50,138 bases of DNA. Source: a virus. Within the stretch, counting starts at the first letter, position 1. Every line of letters begins with the position of its first letter. A program made the position numbers and the translations under genes. Below the pieces are notes generated by a model. That model was not told the origin of the DNA. It saw only the letters and a list, made by a program, of their open reading frames with translations, and ran no database searches. This document shows positions 19,202 to 27,424 of the stretch, in pieces. The stretch covers positions 1 to 50,138 of the IMG/VR virus record IMGVR_UViG_3300029947_000009; one strand, 5' to 3'.

Positions 19202-19684
19202 TCATTCACTATCTACCAAATACGAATCCACAGTGGACCGGGACAAGCTACTCCTTCCCAGCTTTTCCAGTTTTCCATGCTCCTCCTCAAATTTTTGGAG
19301 AGCATCCTTATATTCTTCCTGTTGAGTCTTAGAGAGCTTAGTCTCGATAGCCCGATTATCCTTCATCAGCTGTTTCATTCCAGCCTTCTTGTTCGAATCA
19401 GACTCCGAAGCTCCTCCACCGCTTCCTCTGTGCTTATCATCCAGATAACAGGACATCCAGTCCTCAAACTTTCCTCGATTCTGAGCCAGCTTAAACTCTC
19501 CAGCCTCAGCCAGCTCCATACCCAGTTCCCTCCTATCCTTCTTGGACTGGGCTCTACTCAGCAGACAGATCAGCAATTCGATCTTTTGATCGATCGTCTC
19601 TATCCGAGCCGAACACTCCTCCGAGCAGTTAGCCTCGTTGTAGGCCAAGCATCTTCCTTCCTTATCCCGATTAAAGCATACCAT
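19202..19684 (-). CDS. Hypothetical protein (Cys-rich N-terminus, coiled-coil C-terminus)
   Basis: 160 aa ORF with an AAGGAGG RBS. Confidence 0.6.
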   Translation of the reverse strand: MVCFNRDKEGRCLAYNEANCSEECSARIETIDQKIELLICLLSRAQSKKDRRELGMELAEAGEFKLAQNRGKFEDWMSCYLDDKHRGSGGGASESDSNKKAGMKQLMKDNRAIETKLSKTQQEEYKDALQKFEEEHGKLEKLGRSSLSRSTVDSYLVDSE

Positions 19685-19783
19685 CTCGATTTCCTCCTTA
19701 TAGAAATTTGATTCAAAACCTTGTGTAAACTAGGGTATAAGTATCCTTATCCCTCTGTTTTCGAAGTCGTTCCGTCGAACGCG

Positions 19784-20182
19784 TCACCATTTCTCTTGAT
19801 CTCTCTTCGACTTCGCTTCGAACGTAATCAGCTGAGCCACGAATTCGATGGGGTCTCTTCCATGAGCAGCACAAAGCTCCAACACTTTCCGAGTAAATAC
19901 CCGATCTTCGCCAGAGAGAGTATAAACTACTTCCACAGTAGCTGGAGGATAATTGGACTCCTGTGCTAGAGAACTTATGAGAATGGAGCGATCGATTTTT
20001 CGGGCTATCTCTTCGAGCTCTCTCCAAACCATAATAGTGGTTTCCTGAATCCCATATACCTCTCTTAGCTCATCAGAACTCTCATCAGTCCATTTTTCCA
20101 GCGCGTAGCAGTTGTATCTACTATCACAGCTTATGTACCCATCTTTTCGAGAAATGCAGCTATCACAGGGGAAATCAATCAT
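19784..20182 (-). CDS. Hypothetical protein
   Basis: 132 aa with an 8-nt overlap with the upstream deaminase gene. Preferred over the overlapping 19713..20027 ORF. Confidence 0.55.
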   Translation of the reverse strand: MIDFPCDSCISRKDGYISCDSRYNCYALEKWTDESSDELREVYGIQETTIMVWRELEEIARKIDRSILISSLAQESNYPPATVEVVYTLSGEDRVFTRKVLELCAAHGRDPIEFVAQLITFEAKSKRDQEKW

Positions 20183-20783
20183 TTAATATCACCTCCCCAC
20201 CCCAGAGCAGATCTAACTGCGTAACCTTAATTCCCGCCTTTTTCAGCAGTTCCAGTCCCGCAGAGTCTCTATAGTCCTCTAGATACTTCAGCTCCTTAAT
20301 ACCAGAGTTCACAATCACCTTAGCACAATTGATACAGGGTGACATAGTACAATACAGGATACAGTCTTCCACTGATACTCCAGCCCTGGCAGCAAAGGCA
20401 ATGGCATTAGTCTCAGCATGAAGACTCCTGGTACACCCCGGACCCATACAGACTCTCTGGTAATACTCCAGTCCTTCTCCCGAAGAGAAATAAGGATTCT
20501 TTACGTCCAGGCAGTCTATCAGGGGGTTAGGCTGTACACAGGGAGGCATGCCGGAGATAGGTCCATTGTATCCCATAGACACGATACGACCATCCTTCAC
20601 AACCACAGCTCCAACCTGGGACCGGAGACAGGTAGACCGTTGGGATACCAGCAGACAGGCCACAGAGAATAAGGTATCTCGAGACATCCTCTTTCGGGTT
20701 ATCAGGTTTTCAGTGTAGTCTTGATTCCTTTCTTGACACCCTGAGTTTTCTTGATAACACTGATTCTTGTCCTTGTTTTCCAT
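20175..20783 (-). CDS. dCMP deaminase (ComEB/T4 cd-like zinc deaminase)
   Basis: HAETNAI and SPCINCAK zinc-binding motifs, plus VSQRSTC. Confidence 0.85.
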   Translation of the reverse strand: MENKDKNQCYQENSGCQERNQDYTENLITRKRMSRDTLFSVACLLVSQRSTCLRSQVGAVVVKDGRIVSMGYNGPISGMPPCVQPNPLIDCLDVKNPYFSSGEGLEYYQRVCMGPGCTRSLHAETNAIAFAARAGVSVEDCILYCTMSPCINCAKVIVNSGIKELKYLEDYRDSAGLELLKKAGIKVTQLDLLWGGEVILND

Positions 20784-20950
20784 ATTATACCCACTTTCTT
20801 GATTTTGTGTGAGGTCGCTGGTGGCTCTGTATGACCTTTTTTAATCCCTGGGTATAAAACTATACCAGTAACCCCCTAAAGATGGCCCTTATAAGCCCCA
20901 GTGACCCCATGCAGGGATATATCTCTCTGGGGATAACCCCCAATATACAC

Positions 20951-21181
20951 TTATACAGGTGGGGTAATAATAAACCCAGGGGCATTCTTGACCACTTCCT
21001 TCACCCAGGCCAGAGTGTCCCACCATCTACAGCCAAAGCAATACACTGACCTTCCACAGATACATTTTTCAAGGAGAATATCCCTACAGTCATAAACGTT
21101 GTTTAGTACCTCCAGCAGGTACTCCTCACTAATATACTTTTTTCCTGGTTCCTTATGTTCCTTATGTTCATTAGGTTCCAT
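20951..21181 (-). CDS. Hypothetical Cys-rich protein
   Basis: 76 aa with a GGAAGGAGG RBS. Confidence 0.55.
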   Translation of the reverse strand: MEPNEHKEHKEPGKKYISEEYLLEVLNNVYDCRDILLEKCICGRSVYCFGCRWWDTLAWVKEVVKNAPGFIITPPV

Positions 21182-21208
21182 AAGTCTATACCTCCTTCCT
21201 ATACTCTT

Positions 21209-21237
21209 ATTATACCATATCCCAGGAAAAAGATAAA
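21209..21237 (-). promoter_or_regulatory. Putative extended -10 promoter
   Basis: Minus strand reads TTTATC-N17-(TGg)TATAAT. Confidence 0.4.
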
Positions 21238-21277
21238 CCCCCAGAACTCTTGATTCCAGGGATTTATTCTTTAGATC

Positions 21278-21607
21278 TTAACGAACCTGGAAATCAGAAC
21301 TTTTAGTCCGATGGTAGGTGGTATCCTCTCCCTCCAGGTGAACAGTCATATACTCCAGCTGTCTCTCCAGGAAAGGATGAGTTCCACAGGTAAAGACCAG
21401 CTTCACTCCACAGGAATGAGCAAAGTTAGTCATAATCTCTTCTACACAGTAGAGATGGCCTCGGTTCCACTGGAGAGTACCTTCGTCGAATTCAGGCTTC
21501 TCCTTCTTCTGTTCATAGTTGAGAGCCACGAGTTCGGAGTAGTCGTTGAAGTCAGCCATCAGCTTTTTCAGGAAAGCCATATCTTTCTTCGATACTTTTT
21601 TTTTCAT
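21278..21607 (-). CDS. Hypothetical protein
   Basis: 109 aa with an AAGGAGGAAC RBS. Confidence 0.6.
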   Translation of the reverse strand: MKKKVSKKDMAFLKKLMADFNDYSELVALNYEQKKEKPEFDEGTLQWNRGHLYCVEEIMTNFAHSCGVKLVFTCGTHPFLERQLEYMTVHLEGEDTTYHRTKSSDFQVR

Positions 21608-21642
21608 TTTTGAGTTCCTCCTTAAATTAGTTAGTTGAGAGA

Positions 21643-21756
21643 TTAGATGCAGCTCAGATAATACATATGCAGGGAAGAGTCGAACCAGATGGACTTGTAC
21701 TCGGGATTCTTCTTAGCGTAGGCCTTAGCGTCCTTGAGATTTTTGAAGTACTTCAT
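21643..21756 (-). CDS. Small hypothetical protein (37 aa, MKYFKNLKDAKAYAKKNPEYKSIWFDSSLHMYYLSCI)
   Basis: First ORF after the leftward promoter, with an AGGGGGT RBS. It falls below the ORF-track length cutoff. Confidence 0.4.
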   Translation of the reverse strand: MKYFKNLKDAKAYAKKNPEYKSIWFDSSLHMYYLSCI

Positions 21757-21788
21757 TTGAGTTAACCCCCTTTTTGATTTACACCCTT

Positions 21789-21817
21789 ATTATAAGAGAG
21801 AACTCTCGATTTGTAAA
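21789..21817 (-). promoter_or_regulatory. Leftward CCATTTACA-family promoter at the divergent junction
   Basis: Minus strand reads cccaTTTACAaatcgagagttctctctTATAAT. Confidence 0.6.
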
Positions 21818-21957
21818 TGGGTCTTTTGAACTTTTTTTTCAAACTCTCTCTTACATTTGCGGCGCCGTGGGTCCGGAGCCCCCAGCAGGGGCGGAGGCCC
21901 ACTGGCCCGCTATGATATATTTTATATATTACATATTCTATATAAGGTGCGGGAGGG

Positions 21958-22257
21958 TCGTATATGGCGTTTTGCTATATATGCATATACGGTTCTATTA
22001 AAACTACCGCATATGGTGCATTGCTATATATGCATATACGGGATTTTTACAAAAAGTTAAACCGTATATGCATATATACAGTTGCACATATACGGCCCAA
22101 AATTAAATTTCGTATATGCATATATAGCAATGCGCATATACGGGATTTTTTGTGGAGTCGTATATGCATATATACAGTTGCACATATACGGGAGTGATTT
22201 TTCTGGGTCGTATCTTATATATATTATAATACGGTCAGGCCATATTGCATATATATG
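21958..22257. repeat. Phased array of ~33-bp iteron-like units built on the palindrome CGTATATGCATATACG (putative origin or operator array)
   Basis: 22063-22095 and 22159-22191 are identical (cgtatatgcatatatacagttgcacatatacgg). 22111-22143 is a variant. 21958-21992 and 22008-22041 are inverted-orientation copies (21972-21992 = 22021-22041). 22209-22257 holds degenerate copies. Unit starts are spaced 48-55 bp. Confidence 0.8.
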
Positions 22258-22291
22258 TAATATAATATATATATGTCTAGAGTTTTACCCA

Positions 22292-22320
22292 TTTACAAAA
22301 CTCCTGGGAGGTGGTATACT
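22292..22320 (+). promoter_or_regulatory. Rightward CCATTTACA-family promoter
   Basis: acccaTTTACAaaactcctgggaggtggTATACT. Confidence 0.6.
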
Positions 22321-22342
22321 CCATAAGAAGGAAGGTGATAAC

Positions 22343-23338
22343 GTGTACAAGTTTTACTCAGCAGAGGAAAGCATCATGAGACTAAATCTTGTAAAAGGGG
22401 AAGATTTTCTCATTCAAGTCTTTTTCACCGATGACCTGAGATATGAGTTTATTCGGAGAGAAGGATATAATCCACTTCACAGATTGAGGGGAGCTCAAAA
22501 TATTTCCCAGTTTCTCATCTCGTCCATGAGAGAGAATAAGTTTGCTGTATTTGGGTATCATCCTGAATATAATGAGATATACTCATTTACCCCAGTCGAA
22601 GAGGTAGGACTGGTCTGCTTCGAGGAAGTAGAATTGATAAAAGGACCTTGCTCTAGGAATCCCCTACCGACTCTAAGATTCTCTTCACAGGTAGTCTGTG
22701 GCTCTTATTCTGAGTACCTAACCTATTTTGGGCTTGTGGATAACTATACCAACCGGGGGAAAGTGTTAACCCTGGTAACCAATTTGGCCAAAACAGCTAA
22801 AAAAGGAAGTTTGGAAAAAGTTCATAGTTACGATCCCTCTCTCGTTGAGAAGCTATATTATGGGGTATCCCGGTTTGGAAAAAATGTTCCAGTCCTTAGA
22901 TACCAGGGACTCTCAGATATCTTTGGCTTTACCAATATAATAAAAACCTTTCCAAATATCACAGAGAGCCAGATTGTTAAGCTATTTGAGTCTTATGGTA
23001 TGCCTCTCCCATCCACAGCCCAAAAATACCTCAGAGATCTAAAGAAGGGGGAGACTCAAAATAAGCCCAGGCCTCCGCGAAAGAAAAAGTCCCAGTCTGT
23101 GAATGGATTAGACCTTATTCAGTATATTGGAAAACACCATATTAAGAAGACCCGAAAAGAAGTAACTATATATTCTGAGAAACTGAGTTCGGATATTGTG
23201 GCCAAAAATCCCTTTGATCTAGTTCAGACTATTAGATCTAATGGGGATAATATAGAGACTGAATTAGGTCCTAAGATCTGGGAAGAGGTAACCGGACGGT
23301 CCTGGCGATCTAGAGAGAAAGGTGATGAGAACTTATGA
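22343..23338 (+). CDS. Hypothetical protein, first rightward gene next to the iteron array (candidate initiator or iteron-binding protein by position only)
   Basis: GTG at 22343 with a GAAGGAAGGTGA RBS. The track ORF start at 22082 runs through the repeat array and is rejected. Confidence 0.55.
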   Translation: MYKFYSAEESIMRLNLVKGEDFLIQVFFTDDLRYEFIRREGYNPLHRLRGAQNISQFLISSMRENKFAVFGYHPEYNEIYSFTPVEEVGLVCFEEVELIKGPCSRNPLPTLRFSSQVVCGSYSEYLTYFGLVDNYTNRGKVLTLVTNLAKTAKKGSLEKVHSYDPSLVEKLYYGVSRFGKNVPVLRYQGLSDIFGFTNIIKTFPNITESQIVKLFESYGMPLPSTAQKYLRDLKKGETQNKPRPPRKKKSQSVNGLDLIQYIGKHHIKKTRKEVTIYSEKLSSDIVAKNPFDLVQTIRSNGDNIETELGPKIWEEVTGRSWRSREKGDENL

Positions 23339-23679
23339 GGCCTTGGGAGCAGTTTACTAATCAAAAACAGTGGAAGGAATACCTACAAAATCTGGTAAAA
23401 ACCAATAAAAAAGCCCTTTATCGGGCCATAGTTCTTATATCCGACTTTCAAACTCCATGGGAAAAGGCTATGGGGGAGACCATGGACAAGAACAATATGG
23501 GTTTTGGAGCCGTCGATGCTCAATTTTTGACCTCTATGGCTCTTAGGATTAAGGGGGGAGGGGAATTAAGCCCTCGGGAATTGGCCATTTGCCAGAATAA
23601 AATGCCAAAATACTGGCGTCAACTTATGATGATTAGCAAGGAAAACATGAAAAAGGTAGAAAATCGACCCAAAGACTAG
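23335..23679 (+). CDS. Hypothetical protein
   Basis: 114 aa with an ATGA overlap with the upstream gene. Confidence 0.6.
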   Translation: MRPWEQFTNQKQWKEYLQNLVKTNKKALYRAIVLISDFQTPWEKAMGETMDKNNMGFGAVDAQFLTSMALRIKGGGELSPRELAICQNKMPKYWRQLMMISKENMKKVENRPKD

Positions 23680-23731
23680 ACTTTATGCTCTTCAACTTAT
23701 ATTATAATAGTGATAAGGGGGATGATTAAAA

Positions 23732-24121
23732 GTGGAAAAGGAATACAACTATATAAGATGTAGAGAAGTAGGAATCGAATATAAGAAGTTGGTCCGGTCC
23801 TATGGAGAGTTCCAGTGGGGACAGTCTACCCTATTCATCCATAAGGCCCATCCGGCCAAATGGCCTTACGTAATCTCGGATAAGAACTCAGGTCTAGCTG
23901 TACTTTGTGGACTAAAAACTCCCACTATAAAAGCCGCTAAGCTGTTTCTGGCCAAAAATCTTACTGATGAACAGGATGAGGCCTTAGACCGACTCCCCAG
24001 TCAAAGGTTATTGGGGGCTTATCACAGGAGGAGACTGGCCGACCTTCCCCACAGGAGAGAGGTAGCTCAAGATATACTCTTCGCATTGGAGGAACAAATA
24101 ACCTCTGGAGTTCCCTTCTAG
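23732..24121 (+). CDS. Hypothetical protein
   Basis: 129 aa with a GTG start after AAGGGGGA. Confidence 0.5.
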   Translation: MEKEYNYIRCREVGIEYKKLVRSYGEFQWGQSTLFIHKAHPAKWPYVISDKNSGLAVLCGLKTPTIKAAKLFLAKNLTDEQDEALDRLPSQRLLGAYHRRRLADLPHRREVAQDILFALEEQITSGVPF

Positions 24122-24136
24122 AGAACATATGTAGGG

Positions 24137-24167
24137 GAGGTCGAAAGGCCTCCTCAATTTTTTTTTT
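24137..24167 (+). terminator. Rho-independent terminator
   Basis: gaggtc-GAAA-ggcctc hairpin followed by a T10 run. Confidence 0.8.
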
Positions 24168-24187
24168 GAAAATTTTTAATTTACCCA

Positions 24188-24216
24188 TTTACAAACGCGT
24201 ACAAGAGTCTTATAAT
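24188..24216 (+). promoter_or_regulatory. CCATTTACA-family promoter
   Basis: aaaatttttaatttacccaTTTACAaacgcgtacaagagtctTATAAT. Confidence 0.65.
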
Positions 24217-24269
24217 ACTGGCATAAACAAACCCACTACCAACTACCAATTTCAAGGAGGAACATTAAA

Positions 24270-25166
24270 ATGACTACTACTCGTACTGCTACCTGGACCA
24301 ACATCGGTGCTAACATCACCAAAGCTACTACTGTGGAGGAAGCTCTGAAGCTCTCTCACCTGGACTACACTGTGGAGAAGGTTCCTGTATTTCTGCAGGA
24401 TGGAACTCCCATTCCTGGGGCCTTCTGCACCAAGAGAGAAGACTCCAACACCACTTACGGAGTGGTAGGCTCTCAATTCGAAATCGTTCAGAACATCGAG
24501 GGATTTGATTTCATCAACTCCATGGTTCCTGAGGGACTAAGGTTCCTGAAGGCTGGGGAGAATCACAGATTTATCTACATCATCGCTCAGCTTCCTGAGT
24601 TCGATCTGATGGGGGATAAGGTAGCTCCCCATATCATCTTCCAGAATTCTCACAGTGGTAGTACCACCCTGAAGGCTACCATCGCCCCCCTTAGAATCGT
24701 CTGTCAGAATCAGTTCAATCTGACTTTCCGAAAAGTGGCAAACAAGATTAGCCTCCGTCATACCAAATCCATCAAGGGGAAGCTCCACACTGCTCAGGAG
24801 GTCCTCATTCGGAGCAGTGACTATATCTCGGAATTTCAGAAGGAAGCTATTCTGATGGCTCAGAACCGGGTTTCTAAGACCCAGGTAGACCATTTGCTGG
24901 ATGAGATCTTCGAAGTCAAGGCTGAATTCAATCCCACTCAGGTTCGGAGAATGGAGGAAAAGAGGGATCGGTTTATGGCTGCTTACAAGGCTGAAGACAA
25001 TCAGAACTTCATCGGTACCCAGTGGGGACTGGTCAACGCCTATACCGACTTCGTTACCCACAAGCCCCTGAAGAAGGACACCCCTCAGGCTTTGGAGAAT
25101 CACTTCATCAAATCCACTCTGAAAGGTTCCATCAACGACTTCGTCAATCAGGTATCCAGACTCTAA
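24270..25166 (+). CDS. DUF932-family protein (phage/plasmid-like)
   Basis: 298 aa; YGVVGSQFEIVQN and the overall layout resemble DUF932/TIGR03299-type proteins. Confidence 0.6.
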   Translation: MTTTRTATWTNIGANITKATTVEEALKLSHLDYTVEKVPVFLQDGTPIPGAFCTKREDSNTTYGVVGSQFEIVQNIEGFDFINSMVPEGLRFLKAGENHRFIYIIAQLPEFDLMGDKVAPHIIFQNSHSGSTTLKATIAPLRIVCQNQFNLTFRKVANKISLRHTKSIKGKLHTAQEVLIRSSDYISEFQKEAILMAQNRVSKTQVDHLLDEIFEVKAEFNPTQVRRMEEKRDRFMAAYKAEDNQNFIGTQWGLVNAYTDFVTHKPLKKDTPQALENHFIKSTLKGSINDFVNQVSRL

Positions 25167-25170
25167 TAAA

Positions 25171-25186
25171 GGGGGCCGAAGCCCCC
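25171..25186 (+). terminator. GC hairpin (gggggc-cgaa-gccccc) without a clear U-tract
   Basis: Read directly. Confidence 0.35.
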
Positions 25187-25208
25187 CATAAAAATTTCAA
25201 CGAACCCA

Positions 25209-25237
25209 TTTACATTTCTATGACTATCTCTTATAAT
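25209..25237 (+). promoter_or_regulatory. CCATTTACA-family promoter
   Basis: aaaaatttcaacgaacccaTTTACAtttctatgactatctctTATAAT. Confidence 0.65.
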
Positions 25238-25269
25238 AAGGGTATAATTCAAAAGGGAGGAACCAAAAC

Positions 25270-25476
25270 ATGAACAATCAGAATCTTATTTACCTAGAGA
25301 CCTATGACCCGGACCGGGACGTAGAGAGAATGGTAAATTCCAAACAGCAGCAGGCCCGCAGGGAGGCTCGTAGGGAGGCTCAGAAGAGAGCCATAGTAAA
25401 GAAACAGCTCAAGTATATAGGTTGGGCTTTCCTGGCTGGAATGCTGTTCGAAAGAATCTTAATTCAGGTTCTCTAA
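25270..25476 (+). CDS. Small membrane protein
   Basis: 68 aa with a C-terminal hydrophobic helix (IGWAFLAGMLFERILIQVL). Confidence 0.55.
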   Translation: MNNQNLIYLETYDPDRDVERMVNSKQQQARREARREAQKRAIVKKQLKYIGWAFLAGMLFERILIQVL

Positions 25477-25489
25477 GGGAGGTTATATT

Positions 25490-26314
25490 ATGAAGAAAGA
25501 CAGAAATCGTATCCTGGGGTCTCTTCTGGGGTTTGCTATTGGAGATGCCATGGGAGCAACCACGGAGTTCATGACCCAGGAGAAAATCCATCAGGAGTAT
25601 GGGGAGGTCAACCAAATCATCGGGGGAGGCTGGCTTGACCTGATACCTGGAGAAGTTACCGACGACACTCAAATGATGATGATTGTGGCCAACGCCCGCA
25701 TGAAAGGTAAGTGTGAGTTCCTCCATAATTGCTGTACTGGTTTTGTGAAGTGGCTCAAAAGTAACCCTGTGGACGTAGGAGGAGCCTGTAGGCTCGCAAT
25801 AGTCCAGGGGGGTAGTAATCCTCCCCGTGAGTGGATGCGACTCTCTAAGAGACGTCAGGAGGTTCGTGGAGTGATGGACCTTGGGAACGGGGCTGTTATG
25901 AGGGCTCTATTCCTAGCTCTGAGTGGGGAGGTTGATCTGGCCATAAATCAGGGAAGGCTAACCCACAACAACTCGGAATCCGGTTATTACATTGATAAGT
26001 ACTGTCAGAGTGTATCTTCGGCTCTCTACTCTATTCCGATCTATGGGCCTTCTCTTATGGAGCCTACTGGACACGTGAAGAACTCCGTTAATAATGCCAT
26101 TTACTGGAGTTCTCACTCTACCAACTTTCGAGAGGCTGTTATTGGCCCTGTAAATCATGGGGGGGACGCTGATACTATAGCCGCTCTAACGGGGGGAATT
26201 GCTGGGGCCTGTTATGGGGCTGATAATATCCCCAGAGAATGGGTAGAGACTCTTGATTCTAACGTAGTGGGGGATTTAATGAACATGGCCAATTGGCTAA
26301 TGGATAATCCCTAA
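25490..26314 (+). CDS. ADP-ribosylglycohydrolase family protein (DraG/ARH-like)
   Basis: GFAIGDAMGATTEF, EVTDDTQMM and GGDADTIAALTGGIAGACYG...IPREW match the ARH family metal-site motifs. Confidence 0.85.
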   Translation: MKKDRNRILGSLLGFAIGDAMGATTEFMTQEKIHQEYGEVNQIIGGGWLDLIPGEVTDDTQMMMIVANARMKGKCEFLHNCCTGFVKWLKSNPVDVGGACRLAIVQGGSNPPREWMRLSKRRQEVRGVMDLGNGAVMRALFLALSGEVDLAINQGRLTHNNSESGYYIDKYCQSVSSALYSIPIYGPSLMEPTGHVKNSVNNAIYWSSHSTNFREAVIGPVNHGGDADTIAALTGGIAGACYGADNIPREWVETLDSNVVGDLMNMANWLMDNP

Positions 26315-26316
26315 AT

Positions 26317-26347
26317 AGAGGAGCCCTACGGGGCTCTTCTTTTTTTT
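26317..26347 (+). terminator. Rho-independent terminator
   Basis: gagccc-tacg-gggctc hairpin followed by ttcttttttttt. Confidence 0.8.
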
Positions 26348-26367
26348 AGAAAATTTCAAATTAGCCA

Positions 26368-26396
26368 TTTACAAATTTCGACGATTCTCTTATAAT
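26368..26396 (+). promoter_or_regulatory. CCATTTACA-family promoter
   Basis: gaaaatttcaaattagccaTTTACAaatttcgacgattctctTATAAT. Confidence 0.65.
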
Positions 26397-26438
26397 GTAA
26401 GTGTAATCAATCCACTACCAACACAGGAGGAAACCACA

Positions 26439-27104
26439 ATGACCGAAAGTAATATCATTTCCAAAATTGAAAAGCTGCTGGCCCTGGCTGGCAACAACCC
26501 GTCTGAGAATGAGGCCCAGGCTGCTATGCTAAAGGCTCAGAAGCTGATGGCCGAACATAACCTGAGTATGGCTCAGTTTCAGAATAAGCCCCAGGAGAAG
26601 AAGGAAGTTGCCACTGGATATTTTAAGGGGTATCACAATACCCACTGGGCCATCTCTCTGGCTAAAGTCATCAGTGACAACTTTCGCTGCAACCTCCTTC
26701 GGGTTCCTGGTTATGGCCTTCTCTTTGTGGGTCTCAAGGAAGATGTGGCTATCTGTAAAGCTGTTTTCACCTTCGCTTCTAGTACCCTGGACAAGAACAT
26801 GATGAAGCTTAGGAGACAGTATCGGAAGCAGGGTCTTCCTACAGATGGAATCTCAGGGGACTACACTGCTGGATTTGTGGCTGGTCTGAAGGCCAAGTAC
26901 AAGGAACAGGTAGAGAAGAATAGCTGGGGTTTAATCCTGGTTAAGGATGCCCTGGTGGAACAGAAGACTAAGGCCATTATGGACCCCAACAAGAGGGGTA
27001 CTTCTGGAAAAAGGCTCAATCGCTCTGGAAACCCTGAACTCTACGCTAAGGGTTATACTGATGGTAAAAATCTGGGGGCCGATCAGAAGGCCCTCACCAA
27101 ATAA
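26439..27104 (+). CDS. DUF2786-like protein
   Basis: The N-terminus IISKIEKLLALAGNNPSENEAQAAMLKAQKLMAEHNLS is the typical DUF2786 signature. Confidence 0.6.
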   Translation: MTESNIISKIEKLLALAGNNPSENEAQAAMLKAQKLMAEHNLSMAQFQNKPQEKKEVATGYFKGYHNTHWAISLAKVISDNFRCNLLRVPGYGLLFVGLKEDVAICKAVFTFASSTLDKNMMKLRRQYRKQGLPTDGISGDYTAGFVAGLKAKYKEQVEKNSWGLILVKDALVEQKTKAIMDPNKRGTSGKRLNRSGNPELYAKGYTDGKNLGADQKALTK

Positions 27105-27116
27105 GGAGGATACACC

Positions 27117-27338
27117 ATGAAGAAAAGATACCACTACTCAGACGAACAGATATTGGAGGAGGCTAGACTCCTAGCCTACACTCCAGGGGCATCTACCTAC
27201 ACTGTGGCTGATCAATTAAATAGACCTCAGTCCACGGTGTGGCATCACATGACCCACAGACTTCAAGACCTGAATGCTGAGCTTTTCCTTAAGGTTGGGA
27301 TTGTACTTAAGGAGAATCATAAAGGGGGGGGTAGGTAA
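27117..27338 (+). CDS. SpoIIID-like helix-turn-helix transcription regulator
   Basis: 73 aa. YTVADQLNRPQSTVWHHMTHRLQDLNAELFLKVGIVLKENHKGGG parallels B. subtilis SpoIIID RVIAKEFGVSKSTVHKDLTERLPEINPDLANEVKEILDYHKSIRHLRGG. Confidence 0.55.
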   Translation: MKKRYHYSDEQILEEARLLAYTPGASTYTVADQLNRPQSTVWHHMTHRLQDLNAELFLKVGIVLKENHKGGGR

Positions 27339-27374
27339 TCTAGAGGGCCTCCGGGCCCTCCAAGAATTTCGTCA

Positions 27375-27403
27375 TGGACAAAGGTTGGTTACTGTGGTAT
27401 TAT
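27375..27403 (+). promoter_or_regulatory. Sigma-A-type promoter (TGGACA-N17-TATTAT)
   Basis: Read directly. It is preceded by the gagggcc-tccg-ggccctc hairpin at 27343-27360. Confidence 0.5.
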
Positions 27404-27424
27404 TAGGTGTAAGGAGGGAGAGAT

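Noticed and set aside
19713-20027. 104-aa ORF overlapping 19784..20182 in another frame
   Set aside because: It has an Arg/Ser-rich translation and no RBS. The 132-aa frame is coupled to the deaminase gene and looks protein-like.
21958-22257. Possible CRISPR array
   Set aside because: The repeats occur in both orientations and the gaps between them are only ~15-20 bp and partly conserved. The array sits between divergent promoters and there are no cas genes. It fits iterons or operators, not CRISPR.
21774-22342. Track ORFs 21774..22001, 21857..22060 and 21964..22197, and the N-terminal 87 codons of 22082..23338
   Set aside because: They run through the iteron/AT-rich repeat array, have repetitive Tyr/Ile/Cys-rich translations, and have no RBS. 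The real gene starts at the GTG at 22343, behind a promoter and RBS.
24537-25103. 188-aa minus-strand ORF inside the DUF932 gene
   Set aside because: It is antisense to a gene with a promoter, an RBS and family-like sequence, and it has no expression signals of its own.
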